Source: Guillardia theta CCMP2712
Lineage: Eukaryota; Protista; Cryptophyta
Direction: 5' to 3'
Length of the DNA stretch: 64,000 nt
Assembly: GCF_000315625.1 (NCBI RefSeq)
Contig: NW_005434673.1
Location: 1,256,011-1,320,010 of the forward strand
In this document: positions 10,843 through 23,111 of the stretch, one piece after another
Position numbering within the stretch: the first letter of the stretch is position 1
Layout: the number at the start of each line of letters is the position of its first letter
The notes under the pieces: generated by a model
Told to the model about the DNA's origin: nothing
Database searches by the model: none
What the model saw: only the letters and a program-made list of their open reading frames with translations
Program-made: the position numbers and the translations under genes

Positions 10843-11840
10843 ATGTGTGGGTCAGGGGAGCAGATGGTTGGCAGAAAGAAAGAGATGGAAGCAAGAGAGA
10901 GTGTCTACTCCCTCCTTTTGTATCTTGTAGAGCTCAAGGCCTTGTAAGGGATCTTATTGATTCATTCTAGAGAGAGTGTCTACTTCCTCCTTTTGTATCT
11001 TGTAGAGCTCAAGGCCTTGTAAGGGATCTTATTGATTCATTCTAGAGAGAGTGTCTACTCCCTCCTTTTGTATCTTGTAGAGCTCAAGGCCTTGTAAGGG
11101 ATCTTATTGATTCATTCTAGAGAGAGTGTCTACTTCCTCCTTTTGTATCTTGTAGAGATCAAGGCCTTGTAAGGGATCTTATTGATTCATTCTAGAGAGT
11201 GTGTCTACTCCCACTAGGCGTGGTCAGATAGAGACAGACAGACAGACAGACAGATATTACTTGAGTGATGCGAGGGGAAGGGATGACGTTCAGCGCCAAG
11301 GAAAATGATTCAGAATCGAAGTTTGCGTAGATGCATGGTTGTCCTTCAACTGAATGTTTTCGTTCAGAACGTGGAGCTTCATGGGTGATTGTGCCAATCC
11401 AGTCCTGCTGAACATTTACCGTCTCCACAAGCATGCCTACAAGCCTGATAATAGAGTCACCTATGAAAGGTACATGTCCGACCCTATCCGACCACAGCAA
11501 GCGACAGGGTGAAGCGGTGGAAGAAGGTAGCCTGCCGTTCTTCTCGCAAGTCACTCAGACTCTGCTCATTGCAGGTCAATCGCCCTTCGTCCGCCCCAGC
11601 TACCTCCCATAGCATTGGAATTCGCTTGCAACTGATCTTGGAGCGGACGAGAATGCCGAATTCGATCAACCTGCTGGAAACTTTTCGCTCATCCAGGTCT
11701 GGATCGTCAAGAGTTCAGTCTTGATCTCTGAAAGAAATGTCGTCAATGTTAATGTCAGAAAGAAGAGCGATGTCGAGGTTTTTATCAGTTATTGGATCGA
11801 ATCCACAGGAGCACAAAAATCCAGCAACAAGTCCATAGAT
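10843..11840 (+). CDS. Possible micro-exon-rich gene of unknown function
   Basis: ATG 10843 downstream of a GC island; several GT..AG introns; exon RVKRWKK-VNRPSSAPATSHSIGIRLQLILERTRMPNSINLLETF. Confidence 0.35.
10893..11212 (+). repeat. 75-bp tandem repeat, ~4.2 copies
   Basis: Unit agagagagtgtctac(tccc/ttcc)tccttttgtatcttgtagagctcaaggccttgtaagggatcttattgattcattct, starting at ~10893, 10969, 11044, 11119 and 11194. Confidence 0.97.
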
Positions 11841-11855
11841 AAGTTGTCATGCTCT

Positions 11856-13213
11856 TCAATGAACTATAGAAGGCAGATTTGCTATCGCCCTCTTCTTCTT
11901 CTTCTCTTCAATGTCTCTGACCCGATGTCTTCGCCTTCTACGTGGATTCACGTCCTCCCATTTCCCATTTTCCGCATAATTACGTAGCTTTTGACTCTGG
12001 AGCAGCAAGGTCATGCAAATTGGCGCCGAAACGTTCTAATACGAGTGTGTGACACGATGAAGCTTCGGCCAGGGTCTCAGCTGTCTGCCCACTTGAACTC
12101 TCACTGCCTATCTTGGCACCAGCAGCCAACAAGAACCCGCACGCCTCGTCACGGCCCTGTCAGCCTGGTCATTGTGCATAAAAATCGACAAGAGTCAGGT
12201 CACACTTGTTGAGCTGCGGCCATGAGAGGCGTGTTGCCATCCACGTCAACAGCTTCTAGCCTTGCTCCGCTTTCAAGCAACAGACCACAGAGCTTCACGA
12301 AGCCTGCGCCTGCAGCTGTGTGGAGAATGGAAACTCCGTCGTTGTCTCTCGCGTTCACGTTGGCGCCCAATCGTACCTGGTCGACAACCGTCAAAGAACT
12401 TGAAAGATCAGCTTGTCCAGGAGGGACCAGACACTTTGACATCTCAAATTTCAGCTCAAAGCTGCCTGGCAACCATGTCATACACAATGCTCGCAGTATG
12501 CTCTTGCGGATTCACCAAATGGAACATCTCTCCCTATATCTTCACTCTTCCATGGCCAGCAAGCAAAGTGCAGGGGCGTTCGACCATAGTCAGCTCGGCT
12601 TTCTGTACGATGCTGTGAGGAAGATTTCAAGAGATCCAAGTTGGCACAAACCTATTTCAGCCCCAGCCTTCACCAACAACTCGACGCATGAGATATCGTT
12701 TGAGATTACCGCGAGATGCAATGATGTTCGGAATTTCGTCTGCGGATGAGGCTTGTTCGGGTCCCCTGCTGACAAGATCATCTGCGGCAAGGAATGCAAG
12801 GGCCTCAACCGCCAGCTTCCAGCATGAAAGCTACCCCCTTGGAGTCTCCTGAACAAGCTCGTGTTAACAAACTTGACCAGGTCAACGAAGGGCAAGCCTT
12901 TTTGTGCTGCTTTCCACAGCTCGATCTGGACATCATCCTTGTAGACGCTTGACGAGGGTAGAGACTCGTCCTCGTCTAAGGAAGAGTACTCCTCAAGATC
13001 AATGTTGACGGCCATCGAGAGCGGCACCCCTTCTCTAGCACACGCCTTTCTCCTCTTCAGCTCAACCTTCCTGTCCCATTCACTCCCATCGTCTGTACTT
13101 CTTGTTACGACAGGCCATGTTCTGCACGAGAGGAGGGACAGGCTGGACAGGAGGAGCAGCGTCGTCAGCCCCTGCCTTGCCCCTTTCCGTCCCCCCGCCA
13201 TCACTGTCACCAT
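11856..13213 (-). CDS. Ankyrin-repeat protein with an N-terminal hydrophobic (signal-like) segment
   Basis: KFRTSLHLAVISNDISCVELLVKAGA; GANVNARDNDGVSILHTAAGAGFVKLCGLLLESGARLEAVDVDGNTPLMAAAQQ-GRDEACGFLLAAGA. Confidence 0.9.
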
Positions 13214-13239
13214 GCCATGAATCGGAAATGAGTCTAATC

Positions 13240-13870
13240 GACTTCGCGGGCCGGGCCCGACTCTTACTCCGATATAGACTCTGGCGGCACCGTGGCCGGG
13301 CCGCACTGCCGCGTGACCCGCCGGTCACCTAGTACGCCCGGGGGCCGGGTACAGTAACGACGGTCCGAGCCTTCAACCGTTAGTCGATCTACTCTCGTGG
13401 TCCTGCGCGCAGTTAAGATGTCCGACCGGCGGCGGGTCAAGCCTCCTCTACTCTCCTCAAAGGCATTGTCCGTCATCGTACTGATTTTTGACTGAACTTT
13501 GAGTAAAAGACCGTACTCCTGCCGTTGTCCTCGTTCTGATTGTAAACTTAACTAAGTTAGTAAATTGACTAAGTAAATTAGTCTGTTGCCGGGGGGGCTG
13601 ACTCAGCACGGCCGGGCGGACTGATCGCGGCGCGGCGGCCCTCGGCCAAGAGTCTGACTCGCCGGACACGACTACCGTACTACGGTACAAAGCCTTACCT
13701 CTGACTCTGACCCGGCCCGGGTCAGTCACACAGCACGTACGGGACTGGGCTGAGAAGTAGATACTGATAAGATGGTACCGGTGGCACAATTATGGTTCAC
13801 TGAGCTTGACTTTACTGGCTCGTCACAAGACATGAGGAGTCCGATTCGATGCCCGGGGCCAGCAGAAAGT
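13240..13870. repeat. GC-rich intergenic island (palindromic-word class) containing the 30-bp motif on the minus strand (13480-13509)
   Basis: CCGGG/GGCC/TACCGTACTACGGTAC/ACTCAG words, with an internal AT-rich AACTTAACTAAGTT patch. Confidence 0.65.
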
Positions 13871-13900
13871 GGCAAGGTCTTGATTTTCACACTTGCTTGC

Positions 13901-15818
13901 TCAAACGTTGGTGAACTTCTTGAAGTTTTCGACAGTGCGAACTTCAGGGGAGGAAGGCTCGAGGACCTTCACTTGTCCGTCCTTGGTAACGAGAGAGATG
14001 GTTGGGAAAGACTTGGCCTTGAAGGTCTCCTGAACAAACTCACGGTCCTCATCTCCACGGTACTTGAGAACTTGGATCTGCTCTCAAAATGAGATCGCAG
14101 CTCCTATGGCCGTTGCCGTCCTCTCATTCATTACCTTGTCTCCGTACTGGGAAGCGAACTTCTCGAGCTCCTCCTCCATGCCCTGCGACACGTCAGACCC
14201 TCGCGATGCCAACATCATTTGCCGGACCATGCAGAACTTGCACCAGGGAGCATAAGTGACAACAAGAGCGTCCTTGCCGGCAGATGTGATCTTGATGGCG
14301 TCGTTCTTGGAAAGGTTCTTCACCTGTCACAACATCAACAACATGCCAACTTCGCCTCATCCCCGTACCTTGCTCTTGCCGTCCTCCCACAAGTCCCTGT
14401 CGAAGGTCCTCTCAGCTCCGGCCACATGGATGCCGCACTCGGTCTTGGCTGATCCATCCTTGTTGGCGAGACCAGTGAACCTGTAAGGGCTGAGGAGACA
14501 GCAGCTGCGTTGCTGACGCGTTTACCTTCCCTTGCGCTCAGCCGCGTAGTCCAACCACTCGGCTTTCTGTGACTCGATTAGGATGTGATCGTCCTTTCAA
14601 TCTCATTCCCACCTTTCCGACAAACTTGTAGTCGACGAACTTCACGGAGCCATCCTCAGGCACCTTGACAGTGTCCTTGGCGTCGCCAATCGAAGGGAAT
14701 CCATCAGCGTGCAGGGGATGGATTGGGATCTTGTATTTGGTGATGTAGTCGAAGCAATCCTCGAAGGTCCAATAAGCCAACGGGTTGATCTGACTTATGT
14801 CATACAGCAGTTTGACAACATTTTCCTCGTGTCACCTTTGCCAACCCTCCGCCGATGGGAGCATTCTCGAACAGATCGATGTATGCACGCTCGAAGCCGT
14901 GATCCCTCCTGCGCCCGTTGATCATGACGTCAGTGTTGAGAGTCTTGAGTCCTGAAAAACTTTGAAATCAGATCATCCCTCAAAGAACAGTCGGTGAGAC
15001 CTCGCTGGAATGGCTCGACCTTGCAAACCTTGTCATACTGCTCGATGTCAATCTTCCACAAGTCGGCACCAAACTGCAAGAAAATGAGGGGAAAATGCAA
15101 CAAACGAAGAGGTGTTGCAGAAATGGAACCTTCTTGTCGTATTCAGCTTTGTCCGCGCACCCAACAGCTTGAAAGACTTCGGCCTTGAACTTGTAATGCT
15201 TCTCGAGCTCGTTTAGGAAGGTCATCGTTTCTGGGAACAGGTGGAAGGTGTCGACCACCATGATCTTGACCTGATATAATGTCACGACCATAGACATCAA
15301 CTCAATCCATCAACCTTGCCGCTCTCGAGGTACCCGAGTCTGTGAAGCAAGTGTGTAATCACACAATCTCCAGCAATCATTGCGTTGGGGAAAACAGCAT
15401 TCTGAAAGTTGTCGACTTGCTTGAGAGCAAACATGGCCTGCTCCTCAAGGTGCTCGAGTCGCTTGTCCTTGGTCTGTCACCCTTGACTCAGCAACGCAGA
15501 AGGTGAGGGCGAGCAGCGTGACCTGCTGGATCAATGCTTCCATGTCGAACGCCATGCGCGGCATGGTAGCATGCTTTCTGCACCACTCCCATCAGTCGAC
15601 CAGAAGACATATCATGCTGCTCTATGGCACCTCGTCTGAGGACGGCTGTGCGCTTGCGCTGCACGAAGACGAGGAGTGGAGCTTCTGATAGGGCAAGCTC
15701 GTTAGTGAGGCAACAAGGAATGATACTGTATGGATCACCGAGAAAGAGGAAGCATACCACCATGGTGGAACGCTGACGCGCTCAACAATGCAGCGAGGCA
15801 GAGAATGCTGCGAAGCAT
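13901..15818 (-). CDS. APR: Plastid-targeted adenosine-5'-phosphosulfate reductase (APR-B type) with a C-terminal thioredoxin-like domain
   Basis: MLRSILCLAALLSASAF presequence; VVDTFHLFPET, YDKVCKVEPFQR, INGRRRDHG, INPLAYWT, HPLHADGFPSIGD, GRFTG, KTECGIH; C-terminal YAPWCKFC and KSFPTI. Confidence 0.93.
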
Positions 15819-16126
15819 GTTCGCCTGTCCAAGAATACAATTAGGGTATGAACAAGAAGGAGCTTTCATCAAACTGAAAAGGCAGGAGCTCTTCTTCTAT
15901 CGAATTTCCATCAGGCCTTCATGAGATTTGCAATGCATCTGCTGTTCTCTACGTGATGTTGCCCCATCTAGTTCCCCCCCACCATCCTCTCCGCCTCCCC
16001 CGCCCACCTCGCCTTGCTACGCCTCGCTCTGCGACCCATACTCGTGGTTCTATCCCTCTTGTCAGCCTATCATTTCCTCCTGTTTCAACGCTCTCATGCT
16101 CTCATGCTCTTGTAATCCTTGCCATC

Positions 16127-16166
<40 letters not shown>

Positions 16167-16641
16167 CATCTCTTTCATTATTTCTTCCCACGCGACATTC
16201 CTTGCGGCGGCCTCGTGTAAGAAACATGAGAGACGCGATGTAAAAAGCCATGAGGGTAGGGTGAGAGGATTCCTGCACCGGTACATCTAGGTATCTACTG
16301 GTACTAAATAAACGGGAAATCAATGGGTCAGGGTGGTTCAACGACAGGGTGGAGGGTGTAAAGTACTACAAGAGGGGTTGGGTGGGGTTAAAAAATAATT
16401 TCCGGTAGGGGTATAATGTCCATTAAAAGAGGGGGTGGGGGTTGCCATTCCCTTGGAATACAAAATTGGACATGAGAAAGTTTCGCTCAAAGTTTGAATC
16501 CGCAAAGTTTGTGAAATTGGGTAATTGGATGGGCTCGCCTCAGTGTAAAGATACTCATTAAATAGTGGATATGAATGCAATTGATGCCTTTTCAATTGTC
16601 TGTGTGGTACTCTGAGGCGGGTTTTATAGTTCTATCAGCGA

Positions 16642-17955
16642 ATGAATCGCAGTGGACTAACAAGGGTGCGAGTGGTGGAGGGTAGTGGAACAGCAAGCTA
16701 TGGCGACTTGTCAAGACCTAGTCTAGGAGGAACAAGAGCGGAGATGGGTGGGCCATGTGTGACAAGGCTGTTGTCACGCACGTTGAACAAGGCATGGCCT
16801 TGGCTTCAGCAACGAAAGTTCTCAAACGGCAGATCGAACGATTTCGCACGGCGCTACGAAGCCATGATTCGAGATGAAGTGATAAGAGAGGACGAGAGGC
16901 AGAGGAATTTGTTGAGGACTTTATCATTGATCTTCTCAAGAATAAGAAAGGAGGCGGCAATTTCAGACGGGCCCAAGTCAAACAGCGTCGCGAAGGCAAG
17001 GAAGGGTTGTTACATCCACGGACCTGTCGGAGCTGGGAAGACAATGCTAATGCACATGTTCTATGAGAGTGTTCGCAGCCTAGTTCCCACTCGACGAATT
17101 CACTTCCATGAGTTCATGCTTTCAATTCATTCACGCATACACACCTGCAAGCAAACCCGACCAGGAGTTTCTGCGATTCAGGAGGTGGCGCGGGAGATGG
17201 CTCGCGAGAGTGAAGTTTTGTGCCTTGATGAAGTTCAGCTTGTGGACATCGCAGATGTTGCCATCCTCTCTCAGATTTTGCCTGTCCTGTGGCAGCATGG
17301 CGTCTGCATGATTGCAACGTCAAATGTTCCTCCGAGCAGGTTATTCGAGGGCGGGTTGAACAGACATGTTTACATGCCCAAGCTAGAGAGGCTTCTTGCT
17401 GACCATTGCTTCATCTTCGACATGTCATGCAGTGGGGTTGAGGACAGGGATCATCGCCAAGACGCGCGGCCTGCACCCGGGCTGTACCGACTCTCGAACG
17501 CAAGGGAATCCTTTGACAGCTTGTCAGTCATGTGGACTTTCCTTTCTGCTCTGGACTGTCAGAGAAATATAATCCAGCAACATCACAGTGAGAGTGGCAG
17601 GATTTCTCTACCTTACGGGAGAAGTTTGCTCGCTAAGAAGTTGGGGAGGAGAATCATTTGGTTAGAGTTTGCTTCCCTCTTCAACAGTGCAACTGGCGCA
17701 ACAGACTTCCTGACGATCGCCAACAGGTAAGCTTGCAACTCAATAGCACGTCGGTAGATGACTGAGATGAAAGATTCGACGTATGCATCCTCTCCGGAGT
17801 TCCAAGTTTTGATCTTCACATGCACAATGTGATGTTGAAGTCTAGGAAGGAAGCGACAATGACGTTGGGCATGCAGGAGGCGAGGAGGTTCATGAACTTC
17901 ATTGACATCTTGTACGATGAAGGCTGCGGCCTGATCATCTCGGTGAGATCATGTT

Positions 17956-17986
<31 letters not shown>

Positions 17987-17999
17987 TTGTTTGTTTGTT

Positions 18000-18034
<35 letters not shown>

Positions 18035-18822
18035 TTGTTTGTTTGTTTGTGTTTGTCGCTGTCTCAGCCTCGTCGCCTCAGGCAGAAAAACCTGCGAATG
18101 AACTTCTGAAGGATGTTGTCGAATCCGAGGATCACCAGGTGCAGAGGCCAAAGAAACTTTTCCTCCTCTTCCCTCGACAATCTTCACTCCTCACTCTCCT
18201 ACCAGCTTCTTCATCCTCTTCCTGCCACCGTCGACAGCCCAGAGCTCGCTGTACTTCGTCGAGGGGGCGCATCCTCGAGTAAGTTCAACTGGTGAACTTA
18301 CTTGCTGGCCTCACTCGCTGCAGGCGCAGCAACGACCTACATCGGAGATACGGAATGGAGCAGCACTGGGAGGTTGGGAGTTTCTCTAGCGGCTCTGTCG
18401 GCTGTCAAGGAGCTCTCGTTCTCCAAGCACAGAGCGGTGAAGTAGAGCAAGAGGAGGGAGAGGCAGGGAGGGGAGAAGTAAGAAAGAGGAGGAGGAATGA
18501 GAGGCGGAGTGAGAGGATGGAGAAGTTGAAGTGAGGAGGAGGAGGCGCAGTGAGGTGAAGGAGGAGGCACAGTGAGTTGGAGGAGGAGGTAGAGTGAGAG
18601 CTGGAGTGAGAGCTGGAGGAGGAGGTAGAGTGAGAGCTGGAGTGAGAGCTGGAGGAGGTGGTGGAGTGAGAGCTGGAGGAGGAGGTAGAGTGAGAGCTGG
18701 AGTGAGAGCTGGTGCAGGTCTCTCGGCTCACGGAACTTCAAAGCTTCAACTATCTCGCTACTCGCAAGAGATGCTCAATGCTCGCCGACATCCTTCCTCT
18801 GCTCCCACTGCCTACATCCTGA
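16642..18822 (+). CDS. AFG1: AFG1/LACE1/ZapE-family AAA+ ATPase
   Basis: KGCYIHGPVGAGKTMLM (Walker A), RIHFHEFM, LCLDEVQLVDIAD, ATSN.PP..LFEGGLNR, EARRFMNFIDILYD; C-terminal ELSFSKHRA-VSRLTELQS after an intron. Confidence 0.93.
18540..18715 (+). repeat. Intronic minisatellite (GAGTGAGAGCTG/GGA-rich units)
   Basis: Repeated gagtgagagctggaggaggaggta inside the last AFG1 intron. Confidence 0.85.
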
Positions 18823-18836
18823 GCACAAGCCAGGCC

Positions 18837-20237
18837 TCATGATTGACCTCCTTTTGCTCGCATGACCTCGAGGAGGCGATCGACGAGCTGAGACTTATTG
18901 CCCGTGGTAGAGCAACTGCAAGTGGGTGAGAGCAATGAAACACGGGAACGAGGGGGGAGTTGAGGAGGGAGAAGCACAGTGAGAGGGGAGCACGGGGATA
19001 GGAAGGAAAGGAAGGAGCTCACTTGTACTCCTTGAGAATCTCCTTGAGCTGAATGACCTTGAGGTCTCCGACGATGCTCGGATGGACCACAAACTTGAGC
19101 GACTCGCTCTTGTGAGCAGGAGCAGGAGCAGGAAGCTGCGGATCAACCTTCACTGTCTCCACTTCCAGCTGACTGAAGTCCAGTGAGCTCTCGCTCGACG
19201 ATGCTCCATGTTGCTTCCCCTCCTGCTCAATCTCGTATGCCTCCAACTTGTTGTCGAAAGGCTCGGAGAAGGCCTCAAACTCCTCTGGCATGTCAACAGA
19301 AGTTTTCTTGCTCTCCTCCATGTCGCTCGTCTTGTCCATATCCTCTTCTGAGATGTAGTTGTATCGATCTGTGCTGCAGTCTCAGCGCTAGCACATTCCC
19401 CTCCCCTTCCCCTCCACCACCGTGATCGCCGTTCTTGTCCAGCAACTCCAGGTTAGCCCCATTGATGAAGAACAGCTCTGGCGACTACACGGCTTGTCTT
19501 AGTCCTCCTCAACTATCTCGCTTGCCTCCTCCTGCTACTCTCCCTCCTCACCTCGTCGAGGAAGCTCCTTAGATTCTGGTAGTGATACCTCAACAACTCG
19601 AGCGCATTGCTGCTCCAGCCCTTCAGTCTTTCGCTTTCTCCTCCTTCTCTCTACCTCCCGTCGATCGTGTTGGCTTGCAGATGTCGCCCAACGTCTCGCA
19701 TGGTCTGCCGCCCCCCGTTGTCCGCAAGGAAATTCACGACCAGCTGAGACAAGCTCTGTGAAGGAGCGTGAGAAGTCGTAGAGGGGGGGGACGAGGCTGG
19801 AAGTTTCAACAAGATAAGAAGCGGAAAGGATCGGAGGAGACGAGGAATAAGACGGGGAGAGAGCAACCTGCTGGATGTGACCTAGCTCAATCACGCTGTC
19901 CTTCTGTTTGCGACGAACGGTGATCCTGATCATTATGAGGACATGTCGGGGAGAGGATGCATGCAAGTGAAGAGGAGAGTTGAGGGCAGAGAGGGAGTTA
20001 GGTCGGCAGCGGCCTCTACCTGTCAATGGCGTCGTCGATGAAGATCGGCTCGAAGTCGTAAACATGCGAGCTGAACCAAGAGAAGTCAAACAAGGTTTTG
20101 TTTCCTTTGACTCACCTGCGATCTAGGAGATCGCGATTGCAGCTGTTGCGCATCGATGCAAGAAAAACTCTTTTCCCTTTCTGGATTGTTGATTCACATG
20201 AAGGGTAGCGGAAAAGTAGATGACAGGACTGGTGAGT

Positions 20238-20308
<71 letters not shown>

Positions 20309-21465
20309 GCGATGGCGATGGAGATGATGATGGAGATGATGATGGCGATGGTGGTGGTGGTGGTGATGATGATGATTGCGATGATGATGGCGATGATGAT
20401 GGAGATGATGATGCAGATGATGATGATGATGATGATGATGAGGTTGTGGTTTTGGTAGTGATTGTTGAGGACGAAGAGGTAAGGCAGGAACAGACCTGTT
20501 TGACTCTCGACATGGCGGGCATGAAGTCCTTGTCGCCTGTCATCAGCACGCAGGCATCGTACCCATCCTGAAGTGAAGCATAATGCATCATATCCACCGC
20601 TGCAAAACCGTCACCATTGGCCCCGCCAGCATCGCATTGTCGCACCGAGACTGATGTCGACGCACTTCTCTTGTCCTCCTGTGTGTGTGAGCAGGTGAAC
20701 TTCAAAGTTGCTCCTATCCATCTCCTGGAACATGCGGACGCGAAGGCTCGACGGGTGGGTGCCGCTGCGGACCGAGCCGAAGACGATAACGCGCATTACG
20801 TCCACGAAGCGACCAGGCAGATGACGCTGCAAGGTCTCTCGGATGAAGGCCTGGAGCTCCGCCCAGTCGATGGAGAAGTCTTCTATCCAGTTGGTTCCGA
20901 ACTTCTTGATGAAGGGGCAACGGCTCTGACCTCTGCTGAAGAAGCTGTAGAAGAGCCATGTCCCATCGATGAAGATCATAACCTTGATCGGTACCGGCAT
21001 CAGATACCCTCGTGCTCCCTCCTCCCACACCAAGTCCCTTCTACTCGCTGCCGAACTCTCCTGCTCCTGCTTGCTGCTAGCCTCGCTCTTGGAGGTGTAG
21101 CTGAATGACGGCAGCCGGTCAAGCTGAACCTCGGGGATCCCAAATGAGTTGGAGAAGGTGAGAGGAGGCGATCCTCCACCTCGACCTCCTCTTGTTGTCT
21201 TTGTCCTCGAGTCTCCTGTTCGGCTGTTGGGATAGAACCTCTCCTCTTCTTGCTCCAGCTCACTTGCCTCGCTGCTCTCCCACACAGAAGGGATAGGCCA
21301 GCCCCTTCCTGGGTTGCCTTGCATTCTGCCATCCCCTCGTGGCATCTTCGCATTCAGCAGCATGGCTCCTGGCCTCAGAGCTGTGCAGGCTCGATGGTGA
21401 TGTGGAAGGCACATGCTCAAGGGTATGGAGGATCTCATGAGAACGAGAAAAGCTGCGCCCCCCAT
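18837..21465 (-). CDS. NYN (LabA/DUF88, PIN-like) domain protein with an OST-HTH-like segment and a C-terminal SAP domain
   Basis: VMIFIDGTW, EKCVDISL-AVDMM, VLMTGDKDFMPAMSRVKQ-KGKRV; LVVNFLADNGGRQTMRDVGRHL; DLKVIQLKEILKEY..GNKSQLVDRL. Confidence 0.88.
20238..20445 (+). repeat. (GAT)n-derived microsatellite in an intron
   Basis: Long gatgatgat run with GGC/GGT/GGA variants. Confidence 0.95.
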
Positions 21466-21713
21466 GTTTCACCGAAATTTTGTGGAGCTTGCTTCGTTCA
21501 AACTACCAGACGCGTCTGGTCGTGCTTGTGCTTTCCTTGATCTTGATCTCGGTTCAGCTCCTTTCTTCTAACGGAATTCTCGTTTCTGCACCCCTCATTC
21601 ACCCTCTCTCCCTCTTTCCCTCTCTCTTCATCTCGCACTACCTCTTCCACCCTCCCCCTATCTTCCTCTCTCTCTCTCTCTCTCTCTCTTCCTCTCTTTT
21701 CTATCTCTCGCTT

Positions 21714-21762
<49 letters not shown>

Positions 21763-21908
21763 CCCCTGCTCTTTGCCCTGCCCTCCTTTCAGCTTCGCTC
21801 CACCATATCGGGGGCCGCTAGGGTTTAGAGGCTTCAGGGGGGCAGTGAGGGAGGGTGGGTGGATACAGACAATTGGGGGGGGTACCTTGATTTGTGTCCG
21901 TGGGAGGC

Positions 21909-23111
21909 ATGGCAAGACAATGGTTGGCGACAGGGTTGGCGATGGCATGCAGGGCTGAGCGTTCGATGGCGGTCGCAAGTCTGCATGAAGGACCGAGGAG
22001 GTACCGCGAGAGACTTAGCAGAGCATGCTCTGCTGCTTGCAGACTGAGATCGGCGATCGGCGGGAGGCGGTGGGTGTCACAAGCAAGAATGTCCAGGGAC
22101 CTTTGCGAGATATCAGAGCTTGATCAGTCGCAGAGCAACTGGAAGCAGCCCTCGATCGTCCTTGTACAGCCCTACCTGGACATGTTCTCTTGCTCTCCTC
22201 CTCCCCCCGGGCTCTGATGCCTTGCACAGGAACGTCGGGTCGGTGGCCCGAGTCATGATGAACTTCGGCCTGTCGGATCTGAGGATTGTTCGGCCAAGAT
22301 GCGACCCCTTGTCCGAGCCCGCCATGTCCAACGCTTGCGCTGCAGTCCCCATCCTAGAGAATGCCAAGATCTACGACAATGTGAAAGAGATGTTGTCTGA
22401 TTGCTGCTCACTGAGGTGAAGGTACGAGACGCCATTCGCGACAACGATCATGTGGTTGCCTGCACGGCTAGGAGAAGAACCCTGGAAGACATTCCAGTCA
22501 TCTTTCCCTCTCAGCTTCGATACTTGCTGTCTGACGTCAGGGCTGTTCGCAACTTCGAAGAGAAACATCTGGTGGATACAAAACACGTGATGAAACTCGG
22601 CTTGTTGTTCGGAGCGGAGCGAAGTGGTTTGACTAACGAAGAGGTCGCGCATGCAGAGTATATCCTCAACATCCCGTCTTTTCCCGGTGATAATTCTCCC
22701 ATCCTTGGGCTTCTCACTTTGATCCCGCTAGGCTTCGGTGTCTTGAACCTTTCGCATGCTGTTGCCATCGTCGGGTACGAGTTGTGGCAGTTCCGAGAAG
22801 AGCGTGCGAGGCGGCCGTCGTACCCACAGGTGCAAGAGCAAGAGCAAGAGCAAGAGCAAGAGCAAGTCCCTCGTGGAGCTCGGCATGCAACAAGATTGGA
22901 AGTTGTGCATGCCATGGACAGGCGAGAGCAGCAGCATGCAATCATGGCGTGCGATCGTCTGACGTTGATTGGCAGGATTGACGCTCGAATTCTGCAAGAG
23001 AAGCGAAAGTTCAACGCTAACAGCCTTCGACGAGTGATGCTGCGAGGCTACGTCACAGAGAAAGAGCTGAGTTACTTCCATAGCATCCTCACGAGAATGT
23101 TTGAGGGATAA
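21909..23111 (+). CDS. SpoU/TrmH-family (TrmJ/LasT-like) RNA 2'-O-methyltransferase
   Basis: IVLVQP..-NVGSVARVMMNFGLSDLRIVRP, VACTARRR, LLFGAERSGLTNEE, LNIP..-FGVLNLSHAVAIVGYEL. Confidence 0.92.

Noticed and set aside
9848-10947. Arg/Pro/Gly/Ala-rich ORFs in the GC islands (also 13240-13800 and 60784-61492)
   Set aside because: Expected by chance at this GC content; no domains or consistent frame.
10893-11212. CRISPR-like array
   Set aside because: Head-to-tail units without unique spacers, eukaryotic context, and no cas genes.
20156-20458. Poly-Met ORF
   Set aside because: Antisense reading of an intronic (GAT)n microsatellite.
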